DNA of 64,000 nt, from the NCBI GenBank assembly GCA_963841165.1, contig CAWJCA010000044.1, positions 148,007 through 212,006 on the forward strand, read 5' to 3'. The position numbers and the translations under genes were made by a program. The stretch comes from an uncultured Gammaproteobacteria bacterium. GTDB taxonomy: Bacteria; Pseudomonadota; Gammaproteobacteria; Steroidobacterales; Woeseiaceae. Positions within the stretch are counted from its first letter, which is position 1. Each line of letters starts with the position of its first letter. The notes beneath the pieces are model-generated. The model did not search any database. It was not told the DNA's origin and was given only the letters and a program-made list of their open reading frames with translations. This document shows positions 29,389 through 40,030 of this stretch, piece by piece.

Positions 29389-31270
29389 CACCGTACCCAA
29401 GGTACTGGTCCATGATCGCTTTCGCGACAGGTGCCGCTACACCGCTGCCACTGCTGCCGTTCTCGACGACGACGGCCACCGCGATTCGCGGCTCGTCAAG
29501 CGGGGCGAACGAGATGAACAATGCGTGATCACGTTGCCGCTCCTCTATTTCTTCCTCGTCGTATTCTTCGTCCTGCGCGATCGAAACGACTTGCGCGGTT
29601 CCGCTTTTTCCAGCCATCTTGTACGGTGCGCCGAAGCCAACGGCGCGAGCTGTTCCGCGTGGCCCCTGCATCACGTCATGCATGGCGTTGATGATGTTGT
29701 CCCAGTAAAAACTATTGCTGATCTGGACATCCGGCAGTCGTTCAGGGATCACGAGTGTGCGCTCGCCACTGAGTGCATCTTCAACCGCGGCGACGAGGTG
29801 AGGACGAAAATGCTTGCCGCGGGTTGCCAATGCGCTGGCCGCGGCGGCCAGTTGCAGCGGTGTCGCGAGCATGAAGCCCTGGCCGATCGAAGCGATGACC
29901 GTTTCACCGTGATACCAGCGCTGGTCGTCGCGGTTGCTGAAGTTGTTGCGCTTCCACTCTCGCGATGGCACGACTCCCGCTTGCTCGCCGCCAATATCTA
30001 CGCCGGTTTTTTTCCCAAGGCCGAAGCGATCAAGATAATCGTGCATGTTGTCGATGCCGATTTCCTGGCTGATCTCGTAAAAATAGACGTCGCAGGATTG
30101 TTCGATAGCGTCGTGCAGGTCGACCGGGCCATGACCTTCGGGCTTCCAGTCGCGATAGCGATGTGTCGAGTCCGGCAACATGAAATAGCCCACGCAGAAG
30201 GTCTTGCGGGTCAGGTTGGTCGCGCCGGTCTCCAGCGCAGCCAGGGCCAACATCGGTTTGATCGTCGAGCCCGGCGGATAGCGGCCGCGCACGGCGCGGT
30301 TGAAGAGCGGCACGTCCACGTTGTTTTCCAATTCACCGTACTGGGCGGTACTCATGCCGACTGCGAACAGGTTCGGATCAAACGACGGGGCGCTGACCAG
30401 CGCGAGAATTTCGCCGCTCTGCGGGTCGAGCGCGACGACGGCGCCGCGCCGTCCGGCCATCAAGCGGGTTGCGAGTAATTGCAGATCGAGGTCGATGCTC
30501 AGGTAGACGTTCGCGCCGGGAGCGGGTTTTTCATCTATCGGCAACGAGTCGAGCAGCTGGCTCGAGTCGCCGGGGACCTGTCGGCCTCGAGCGTTGGTTA
30601 CCAGGTGTCGATAACCGGCGGCGCCGTGCAGGTCGGATTCGAAGCTGTTTTCGACGCCGGTCTTGCCGGTGTGCGATGTGCCGGCGTAGCGCGCCGAATC
30701 AAGCCGCCGCAAGTCATCGCTGTTCAATGCACCGACGTAGCCAACTGCATGTGCCACGGCGGCGCCGTCAGGATAGTGACGAACCAGCCTGGGCTTGAAA
30801 TCGACACCGGGAAAACGCGGGCGCTGGATCGCGAAGTTGGCAATTTCCTCTTCGGTCAGCCGAAATTTGAGAGTGACGGGTCGGAAACGCGGCCCGCTGC
30901 GGCTGAGTTCTTTGAAGCGCGGAATATCCTCGCCCGCGATCAGGGCCAAGTCTGCCAGTCGCTGGAGGGTATCGTCGATATCGTCGACCTGCTCAGGTAT
31001 GAGCTCGAGCTGGTAAGCCGGCAGGTTTTCGGCGATGACGCGGCCCTTGCGATCGAAGATCAGGCCGCGGATCGGTGCAACGGGTTCGATTCGGACACGA
31101 TTACCCTGGGCTTTTTCGGCGAACAGTTCGTGCTGGACGACCTGGAGTTGCACGAGTCGTGCGATGACGAAGCCTAGTAGCAGAATTGCAATGACCGTAG
31201 ACGCCATCACACGCCTGACAAACAGGCGTCGTTCGGAATGATGGTCCTTGATCGGCGACAGCAAGGCCAC
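29372..31270 (-). CDS. mrdA: Penicillin-binding protein 2 (elongasome transpeptidase)
   Basis: ERRLFVRRV N-terminus, SxxK (GSTIKPM), SxD (QSCDVYF) and K[ST]G (GKSGTAQ). GTG start at 31270. Confidence 0.92.
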   Translation of the reverse strand: MALLSPIKDHHSERRLFVRRVMASTVIAILLLGFVIARLVQLQVVQHELFAEKAQGNRVRIEPVAPIRGLIFDRKGRVIAENLPAYQLELIPEQVDDIDDTLQRLADLALIAGEDIPRFKELSRSGPRFRPVTLKFRLTEEEIANFAIQRPRFPGVDFKPRLVRHYPDGAAVAHAVGYVGALNSDDLRRLDSARYAGTSHTGKTGVENSFESDLHGAAGYRHLVTNARGRQVPGDSSQLLDSLPIDEKPAPGANVYLSIDLDLQLLATRLMAGRRGAVVALDPQSGEILALVSAPSFDPNLFAVGMSTAQYGELENNVDVPLFNRAVRGRYPPGSTIKPMLALAALETGATNLTRKTFCVGYFMLPDSTHRYRDWKPEGHGPVDLHDAIEQSCDVYFYEISQEIGIDNMHDYLDRFGLGKKTGVDIGGEQAGVVPSREWKRNNFSNRDDQRWYHGETVIASIGQGFMLATPLQLAAAASALATRGKHFRPHLVAAVEDALSGERTLVIPERLPDVQISNSFYWDNIINAMHDVMQGPRGTARAVGFGAPYKMAGKSGTAQVVSIAQDEEYDEEEIEERQRDHALFISFAPLDEPRIAVAVVVENGSSGSGVAAPVAKAIMDQYLGYGDDVAR

Positions 31271-31271
31271 G

Positions 31272-31766
31272 CTAGCCGCCCGCCCGTGCCCTGAAGCGCA
31301 CTCCCGACAGGAACATGTAAAGGAACGGCCAGATCAATGTGCCTGTAACCACGGGCGCCCAGTAGGTCACTATCGGTGCTGCAACGCTGGCGACACCATT
31401 AATCCAGAACAGCAGAAACTGGTACAAGGCCAGCAACGCGAACACGGTTGCAGATAGTTGCGATAGCGGGAACACGCGCATCAGCAAATGAAAGCGCACC
31501 GTGATGAAAACGATGACGCACAGTGCCAGCGCATGTTGCCCAAGCAAGGTTCCGTATGAAACGTCGAGGATGAGGCCAATGATCCAGGCGCTGCCGACGC
31601 TCCAGGTGCGTGGCAGCTGCATCGCCCAGAAGATGGTCAGCAGTGCCAGCCAGTCGGGGCGAAATGGTGCGATCATGTCCGGCAAGGGCATGATCGACAG
31701 CATGAGTCCGACAACCAGCGTTCCGATCACGGGCAAGCGGCGGGATGCGCGGTCCCTACTCATCAT
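31272..31766 (-). CDS. mreD: Rod shape-determining protein MreD
   Basis: Hydrophobic protein of about 164 aa directly after mreC. ATG 31766 or 31763 overlaps the mreC stop. The longer ORF-track N-terminus is Arg/Ser-rich out-of-gene read-through. Confidence 0.8.
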   Translation of the reverse strand: MMSRDRASRRLPVIGTLVVGLMLSIMPLPDMIAPFRPDWLALLTIFWAMQLPRTWSVGSAWIIGLILDVSYGTLLGQHALALCVIVFITVRFHLLMRVFPLSQLSATVFALLALYQFLLFWINGVASVAAPIVTYWAPVVTGTLIWPFLYMFLSGVRFRARAGG

Positions 31767-32622
31767 CCTGCTCCTCGACGACCGGGGCCGCCGACCAGAT
31801 GAGCATGACTTCGCGAACCTGGTCGAGGGCTGCCGACGGTTTCGCCGTGACATTCGCAAAAGGATCTTGAGGGATGCGCGTCACCGAGTCGACCACGGCA
31901 ACAGGGTAGCCCGCCGGAAAAGCACCGCCCAAACCTGAAGTGACCAGCAGGTCGCCGGCACGAATATCGGCATTGTTTGGCAGGAAGGGCAGGTCGAGGC
32001 GGTCGATCTCGCCGGTGCCAACGGCAATGGTGCGCAGGCCGTTGCGGTTGACCTCGACGGGCAGCGCGTGATCGGTGTCGCTGATCAGCACCGCTTGCGA
32101 GGTCACGAGGCCCGTCCTGATGACCTGGCCGACGACGCCGTCGGCGCTGACGATGGCCTGGCCGTCATAAACTCCGTCACGGCTGCCAATGTCGATAATC
32201 AGGTTGTGTTCATAAGGGTTGGCATCGACCGCCATGATCTCCGCGACCCGCACCTCGTCGCGAACCTTGGAGCGTGCATCCAGGAGCGCGCGCAATCGTG
32301 CGTTTTCCGCTTCGAGGGCCGTTAGCCGCTGCAGCCTGGCGTTGGTGAGTAATCGCTCGGCATTGAGGCGGCTAACTTCGAGCTGCAAGTCAGTGCGTGA
32401 CGTTGTCGATTCTGCGAGCCAGGCCCACAAACGCACAGGCGCATCGACAACGAGCTGGATCGGGAAAACGGCCACGCCGATGCCTTTTCGCAGGGCATCA
32501 AGGTGATTCTCGCGATGATCGAGATACATCAGCACCATGCTGATCAAGATCAGCACCAGCAGCCGGATACCGAGCGCCGGGATGCGCGCTGGATTGCTGT
32601 CTTTTCCCCGGGAAGCGACCAT
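31756..32622 (-). CDS. mreC: Rod shape-determining protein MreC
   Basis: A single N-terminal TM segment, a coiled-coil (LEAENARLRALL) and a beta-rich C-terminus. ATG 32622. Confidence 0.85.
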   Translation of the reverse strand: MVASRGKDSNPARIPALGIRLLVLILISMVLMYLDHRENHLDALRKGIGVAVFPIQLVVDAPVRLWAWLAESTTSRTDLQLEVSRLNAERLLTNARLQRLTALEAENARLRALLDARSKVRDEVRVAEIMAVDANPYEHNLIIDIGSRDGVYDGQAIVSADGVVGQVIRTGLVTSQAVLISDTDHALPVEVNRNGLRTIAVGTGEIDRLDLPFLPNNADIRAGDLLVTSGLGGAFPAGYPVAVVDSVTRIPQDPFANVTAKPSAALDQVREVMLIWSAAPVVEEQDDE

Positions 32623-32662
32623 CGCGTAAGTGGACCCCGTCGTCAGTCTAGCCGGCCGTGAA

Positions 32663-33781
<1,119 letters not shown>

Positions 33782-33853
33782 TTATTGCGTCCCCGCTGAA
33801 AAGCGGCCCGTTTGAGAACCCTTAGACGCAACCATCACCGCCGGAAATGTCCC

Positions 33854-34141
33854 GTGTCTCTTAGCAAAGATCAGGTCCAGCACATTGCGATGCTGGCGCG
33901 GCTGAAACTCACCGATGCCGAGTACGCCGAGAGCGTCGAGAAGCTCTCGAAAATCGTCGATTTTGTCGCTCATCTGTCCGAGGCCGACACCGACGGAGTA
34001 GTACCGATGGCACACCCGCTGCATGCCTCCCAGAGGCTGCGCCCGGACGTCGTCACCGAGTCCGACGAACGCGACTGTTTCCAGGAAAATGCGCCTGCCG
34101 TGTCCGACGGCCTGTACCTCGTGCCCAAAGTCATCGAATGA
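33854..34141 (+). CDS. gatC: Asp/Glu-tRNA amidotransferase subunit C
   Basis: GTG 33854 gives [23 protein letters not shown], 95 aa. Its end overlaps the gatA start. Confidence 0.88.
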   Translation: MSLSKDQVQHIAMLARLKLTDAEYAESVEKLSKIVDFVAHLSEADTDGVVPMAHPLHASQRLRPDVVTESDERDCFQENAPAVSDGLYLVPKVIE

Positions 34142-35601
34142 TGGATGTGCACGCGAAAACAATGACCGAGCTTGCCGCTGGTCTGGGCAACGGTGACTTT
34201 ACGTCCGTCGAACTCACGCAGTCACTGCTGGATCGCATTGCGACACTCGACAAAACGCTCAATGCGTTCATCACGATTACTGCTGACGAAGCGCTGGCCG
34301 CGGCGGCGCGTGCCGACGCAGCGCGGGCAGCTGGTAATGGCGGCGTCCTGAACGGTTTGCCGATCGTCCACAAGGACATCTTTTGCACGCGCGGCGTGAA
34401 GACGACGTGCGGTTCGCGAATGCTCGACAACTTTATTTCGCCGTACGACGCGACCGTGGTCAAGAAGCTGGCCGATGCCGGCGCCGTCGTCCTGGGCAAA
34501 TCCAACATGGATGAGTTTGCGATGGGCTCGTCGAACGAGACGAGCTACTTCGGTCCTGTCAAAAACCCCTGGGATCTCTCCTGCTCGCCCGGCGGCTCGT
34601 CGGGTGGCTCCGCCGCAGCGGTCGCGGCACGCCTGGTGCCGGCGGCTACGGGCACGGATACGGGCGGTTCCATACGCCAGCCCGCGGCGCTGACCGGAAC
34701 TGTAGGCATCAAGCCGACCTATGGCCGCGTATCACGCTACGGCATGATCGCGTTCGCCTCGAGCCTCGACCAGGCCGGCGTTATCTCGCGTACGGCCGAA
34801 GACGCCGCGCGAATGCTCGGCGTGATGGCCGGTTTTGACCCGCGCGATTCGACATCGATCGAGCAGCCGGTTCCCGACTACGTTGCCGGCCTCGGTGAAT
34901 CGATCAAGGGGCTGCGCGTTGGCGTCGTGCGGCAGCATTTCGACGAAGGTCTCGATGCGCAGTGCGGCGTCACGGTCAAGGAAGCGATCGCCGTACTGGA
35001 ATCGCTCGGCGCGAAAGCCGTGGAAGTCGACCTGCCCAATCTCGATCTTTCGGTGCCTACTTATTATGTGGTTGCACCGGCAGAATGCTCGTCGAACCTG
35101 TCGCGATTTGACGGCGTGCGTTTCGGACATCGCGCCGAGAATGTCGACGACCTGCTCGATCTTTACTGCCGCAGCCGCGGTGAGGGTTTTGGTGACGAGG
35201 TCAAGCGTCGCATCATGACGGGTACCTACGTGCTGTCGGCGGGTTACTACGATGCGTATTACCTCAAAGCGCAGAAAGTGCGTCACCTGATTGCCGACGA
35301 CTTCAAGAAAGCGTTTGCAGAGGTTGACGTCATCGCCGGGCCTACGTCACCGTCACCGGCTTTCAAACTCGGCGACAAGATGGATGATCCGATCACGATG
35401 TACCTGAACGACATCTACACCATCGGCGCCAACCTGGCCGGACTGCCGGCCATGTCGATTCCATGCGGCTTCGCTGACGACCTGCCGGTCGGGCTACACC
35501 TGGTTGGTGCTCATTTCGCTGAAGAAGCCTTGCTCCGGTGTTCGCACCAGTACCAGCAAGCTACCGACTGGCACACCGCCTGTCCGGAGAACTTCAAGTG
35601 A
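34138..35601 (+). CDS. gatA: Asp/Glu-tRNA amidotransferase subunit A
   Basis: Amidase signature [13 protein letters not shown]...[12 protein letters not shown]. Confidence 0.94.
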   Translation: MMDVHAKTMTELAAGLGNGDFTSVELTQSLLDRIATLDKTLNAFITITADEALAAAARADAARAAGNGGVLNGLPIVHKDIFCTRGVKTTCGSRMLDNFISPYDATVVKKLADAGAVVLGKSNMDEFAMGSSNETSYFGPVKNPWDLSCSPGGSSGGSAAAVAARLVPAATGTDTGGSIRQPAALTGTVGIKPTYGRVSRYGMIAFASSLDQAGVISRTAEDAARMLGVMAGFDPRDSTSIEQPVPDYVAGLGESIKGLRVGVVRQHFDEGLDAQCGVTVKEAIAVLESLGAKAVEVDLPNLDLSVPTYYVVAPAECSSNLSRFDGVRFGHRAENVDDLLDLYCRSRGEGFGDEVKRRIMTGTYVLSAGYYDAYYLKAQKVRHLIADDFKKAFAEVDVIAGPTSPSPAFKLGDKMDDPITMYLNDIYTIGANLAGLPAMSIPCGFADDLPVGLHLVGAHFAEEALLRCSHQYQQATDWHTACPENFK

Positions 35602-37040
35602 AGGCCGGGTGGGAAGTTGTAATCGGTCTCGAGGTCCACTCGCAGCTTGCGACGCGGTCCAAGATTTTCTCCGGCGCCTCGACGGCCTACGGCGCGGAGC
35701 CCAATACGCAGGCCTGCCTGGTCGATCTGGGTTACCCGGGCGTGTTGCCCGTACTCAATGAAGAAGTCGTGCACATGGCCACGATGTTCGGACTGGCTGT
35801 CGATGCCACGGTTGCACCGCGCTCGGTATTTGCGCGCAAGAATTATTTTTACCCGGATTTGCCAAAGGGCTACCAGATCAGCCAGTTCGAGCTGCCCATC
35901 GTCGAGCACGGGGAGCTGTACATTACCGATGCTGAAGGCAAGGCAAAGCGCATCGGGATCACGCGAGCGCATCTCGAAGAGGATGCAGGCAAGTCCATTC
36001 ACGAAGGACTCGACCAGAATTCAGGCATCGATTTGAACCGCGCCGGTACGCCACTCCTGGAGATTGTCTCGGAGCCCGATCTCAGCTCGGCGAAAGAAGC
36101 CGTGGCCTACATGCGCAAGATTCATACTATCGTGCGCTACCTTGGTATTTCTGATGGCAACATGCAGGAAGGTTCGTTTCGCTGTGATGCCAATGTTTCC
36201 GTGCGACCCGTCGGGCAGGAAGCGCTCGGCACGCGCACCGAAATAAAAAACCTGAACTCTTTCCGTTTTGTCGAGAAAGCGATCAACTTCGAGATCGAGC
36301 GGCAGATCGAACACCTGGAGGACGGCGGCGAAGTCGTGCAGGAAACGCGCCTGTACGATTCGGACAAGGACGAGACGCGGCCGATGCGATCCAAGGAAGA
36401 AGCGAACGACTATCGCTATTTCCCCGACCCGGACCTGTTGCCGGTCGAGATCAGCGCAGAGTATATCGAGTCGGTGCGGCAGCAATTGCCGGAACTGCCG
36501 GCGGCGAAGCAGCAGCGCTTTGTCGATGAGTATGACCTCAAGTCGGACGACGCTGACCTGTTGACGAGTTCGCGCGCGTTGGCCGATTTTTTCGAAACCG
36601 CAGCGGCGGCGACGGATGCGAAAAAACAGCTGGTCGCAAACTGGGTTATCGGTGATTTGTCGGGCGCGCTGAATCGGGACGGACTCGATATCGCCGACAG
36701 CAAGGTTGCGGCGACCGAGCTGGCGGGCCTGTTGACGCGAATCCACGACAACACGATCTCCGGGAAAATTGCCAAGCAGGTTTTCGAGGCGATGTGGGAC
36801 GGCGAGGGTACGGCTGACGCGGTCATCGAAGCAAAAGGCTTGAAGCAGATTACCGACAGCTCGGCGATCGAGGCTGTTGTCGACGAAGTCATCGCAGCCA
36901 ATCCGGGTCAGGTTGCCGAATACAAGGCCGGCAAAGACAAGCTCATCGGCTTTTTCGTGGGCCAGGTCATGCAGGCAACCAAGGGCCAGGCAAACCCGGG
37001 GCAGGTGAACCAGATCCTCAAAGACAAACTCGGCAGCTAG
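35598..37040 (+). CDS. gatB: Asp/Glu-tRNA amidotransferase subunit B
   Basis: GTG 35598 (GTGA overlap with the gatA stop) gives [24 protein letters not shown] is present. The C-terminus is GatB/YqeY-like. Confidence 0.93.
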   Translation: MKAGWEVVIGLEVHSQLATRSKIFSGASTAYGAEPNTQACLVDLGYPGVLPVLNEEVVHMATMFGLAVDATVAPRSVFARKNYFYPDLPKGYQISQFELPIVEHGELYITDAEGKAKRIGITRAHLEEDAGKSIHEGLDQNSGIDLNRAGTPLLEIVSEPDLSSAKEAVAYMRKIHTIVRYLGISDGNMQEGSFRCDANVSVRPVGQEALGTRTEIKNLNSFRFVEKAINFEIERQIEHLEDGGEVVQETRLYDSDKDETRPMRSKEEANDYRYFPDPDLLPVEISAEYIESVRQQLPELPAAKQQRFVDEYDLKSDDADLLTSSRALADFFETAAAATDAKKQLVANWVIGDLSGALNRDGLDIADSKVAATELAGLLTRIHDNTISGKIAKQVFEAMWDGEGTADAVIEAKGLKQITDSSAIEAVVDEVIAANPGQVAEYKAGKDKLIGFFVGQVMQATKGQANPGQVNQILKDKLGS

Positions 37041-37900
37041 TGTCTGCGGATAGCGTCATACCGTTCGGATTCGAGTCGATGCCGGTGCGCGGCGCGCTTA
37101 TCCATTTATCGCGAACATGGCGTCGCATGTTGCGCAACCATGATTACGATCCGCTTATTACTGAAACACTCGGTCATGCTGCAGCGGCGACCGGCCTGAT
37201 CGCGCAAAGCCTCAAATTTGACCGCGCCATCACGCTGCAGATCCAGGGTAGCGGCATATTGCGCATGCTCGTGATGCAGTGCACGAGCGAACTCGATCTT
37301 CGCGGTATGGCATCGGCCGCACCCGGCAAGGCTGCCATGGAGTTTGCGGACCTTATCGAAAAAGGACATTGCGCGGTCACCGTGGATTCCGGCGACAGGC
37401 CTTACCAGGGAATTGTCGACATTGACGATACTTCGCTCGCGGCGAGCCTCGAACATTACTTCCTGCGTTCCGTGCAACTGCCGAGTCACATGGCACTTGT
37501 TGCGAACAAAGAGGTCGCCGGCGGCTTATTGCTGCAACAGGTTCCCGGACAGGCAATTGATGAAGATGACTGGAATCGCCTGCATTTTCTCGCCAGGACT
37601 CTGGGCAGCAGCGATTTCGACGGTGATGCCGGCATACAACTGATTGGCAAGCTCTTCGCCGAAGACGATGTGCGCGTCTATGCGTCGCGCGCCGTGAATT
37701 TCCGCTGTCGATGTTCGCGCCAAAAGACCGAGGATGTGCTCAAGATGCTCGGCGAAACAGAGTCACGTGAGACGCTGGCGGAGCAGGGACGTATTGAAGT
37801 TATTTGCGAGTATTGCGGGCGGCAACGTAATTTTGATGCGGTGGACGTCGAGCGCCTGTTCGTTGAGAACGTCGTTCAGGGTCCCGACTCGGTTCAATAA
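37040..37900 (+). CDS. hslO: Redox-regulated chaperone Hsp33
   Basis: VRGALIHL near the N-terminus. The C-terminal zinc centre is CRCSRQK...CEYCGR. Confidence 0.88.
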   Translation: MSADSVIPFGFESMPVRGALIHLSRTWRRMLRNHDYDPLITETLGHAAAATGLIAQSLKFDRAITLQIQGSGILRMLVMQCTSELDLRGMASAAPGKAAMEFADLIEKGHCAVTVDSGDRPYQGIVDIDDTSLAASLEHYFLRSVQLPSHMALVANKEVAGGLLLQQVPGQAIDEDDWNRLHFLARTLGSSDFDGDAGIQLIGKLFAEDDVRVYASRAVNFRCRCSRQKTEDVLKMLGETESRETLAEQGRIEVICEYCGRQRNFDAVDVERLFVENVVQGPDSVQ

Positions 37901-37903
37901 CCC

Positions 37904-38190
37904 ACCACCCACCACCCACCATCTCACACCCTTGCATCCAGCATCTTAGCCGCGGCCGTCGAGTCGCCGGGGAGATCTCGCTTGCTCGCGCTTACGCGAT
38001 GCTCGCTTCGCAAGACACACCCGCACTCACCGCCACCGCCTAGTCATGCTGCGTGAGGCAAGCGGACGGATGTTTGCCGGCGAGCTCATAAAGCGAGCGT
38101 GCGAGACAGTCCGCCAGCAAAGCATGTCGTCGAGTTGCCCAGGTGAGTCGGCGATCGACGCCGCGGTCAGATTGGTGGGTGGTGGGTGGT
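37904..38190. repeat. 287-bp imperfect foldback element with (CCCACCA)n terminal inverted repeats (MITE-like, or a long structured RNA/DNA)
   Basis: ACCACCCACCACCCACCA (37904-37921) is perfectly inverted as TGGTGGGTGGTGGGTGGT (38173-38190). The subterminal arms also pair (ccgcggccgtcgagtcgccgg at 37950-37970 against cggcgatcgacgccgcgg at 38148-38165). Internal segments are partly self-complementary. Confidence 0.6.
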
Positions 38191-38227
38191 AGTGCCAGAA
38201 TCAGTGAGTTATACTGTTCGGCCGTTT

Positions 38228-38255
38228 ATATAAAAGAATCGTTATATCTTTATAT
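38228..38255. promoter_or_regulatory. AT-rich inverted repeat, candidate operator overlapping the regulator's start codon
   Basis: ATATAAAAGA (38228-38237) is inverted as TCTTTATAT (38247-38255). Three TTATAT copies sit in a 32-nt AT island that is otherwise unique in this GC-rich stretch. Confidence 0.25.
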
Positions 38256-39132
38256 GAAGGCATCAACCGACAGCCTGCTGCGCCAGTTCAAGGCCCTCGC
38301 TGACCCGATCAAGGTCCGCCTGGTCGCGCTGTGCGGCGTGGCCGAATGCAGCGTCTCGGAGCTTACGGCTGTGACCGGCCAGAGCCAGCCGCGGATCTCG
38401 CAGCACCTGAAGCAGCTTTGTGCGGCAGACCTGCTGGAGCGATTCCGCGATGGCCACTTCGTGTACTACCGCGTGCCGACGAAGGGTGCTGATCCCCTGG
38501 CGCGTCGTCGTCTGCTTGCACTGCTGCCCGCCGACGAGCCACAGTTTGCGAAGGATACGAAGCGCTTGCGAGAGCTGCGCACGCAGGATGATCGCGTCTT
38601 GCAGGCGGACGATGATCGCCTGTTGCACAAAGCGTTGGTCGAGCTGACCGTTGCCCGGCCACTCGGCGATCTTCTCGACATCGGTTGCGGGCAGGGTCGC
38701 TTGTTAAAGCTGCTGGCGTCACGTGCGCACCGCGTCGTCGGAGTGGACATCGATCCCGATGCGCGCCGTTTCGCACGAGCCGAAATGCTGCTTGCCGGTT
38801 TGCCCAACTGCACGTTGCGGCAGGGCGACATGTATTCATTACCGTTCGCCGACGCCGAATTCGACACGATTATTCTCGACGACGTGCTGGTCAGTGCCGG
38901 GGAACCGCCGAAAGCGCTCGCCGAGGCGTTGCGCCTTCTCAAGAGTGGCGGACGCATCCTGTTGCTGGCATCGGTCGGTGACAAAGACGTCGACGAGTTG
39001 AACGACAAATTCACCGAATGGGCTGCATTGACAGGCATGCGCCTTGCAAAGCCCCGTTCGATTCCCGAAATAAAACCGGACTGGCTGCTCGCCGTAGCAA
39101 CGCCGTCCGGGCGCGCAATCGCCGCGGCCTGA
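38254..39132 (+). CDS. sahR: ArsR-family wHTH regulator fused to a SAM-methyltransferase-like domain (SahR-type regulator of the methyl cycle)
   Basis: The ArsR wHTH region is LADPIKVRLVALCGVAECSVSELTAVTGQSQPRISQHLKQL. The methyltransferase motif I is LLDIGCGQGRLL. It lies directly upstream of metF-metH. ATG 38254 is preferred over the ORF-track GTG at 38143. Confidence 0.75.
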   Translation: MKASTDSLLRQFKALADPIKVRLVALCGVAECSVSELTAVTGQSQPRISQHLKQLCAADLLERFRDGHFVYYRVPTKGADPLARRRLLALLPADEPQFAKDTKRLRELRTQDDRVLQADDDRLLHKALVELTVARPLGDLLDIGCGQGRLLKLLASRAHRVVGVDIDPDARRFARAEMLLAGLPNCTLRQGDMYSLPFADAEFDTIILDDVLVSAGEPPKALAEALRLLKSGGRILLLASVGDKDVDELNDKFTEWAALTGMRLAKPRSIPEIKPDWLLAVATPSGRAIAAA

Positions 39133-40026
<894 letters not shown>

Positions 40027-40030
40027 GCGA

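Noticed and set aside
37901-37921. The short tandem repeats (CCCACCA x3 here, TGGTGGG at 38173-38190, ATTCCACCC x3 at 63785-63811) as a CRISPR or minisatellite array.
   Set aside because: The units are 7-9 nt, directly abutting and without spacers. This is incompatible with CRISPR, and there are too few copies to call a VNTR locus.
37901-38253. An SAH or SAM riboswitch upstream of the regulator-metF-metH genes.
   Set aside because: I found no match to the conserved SAH-element core as I remember it (GAGGAGCGCUGC...GGCUCGG...AACGGCGCUCA). The region is explained better by the foldback element and a protein regulator. An Rfam scan could confirm.
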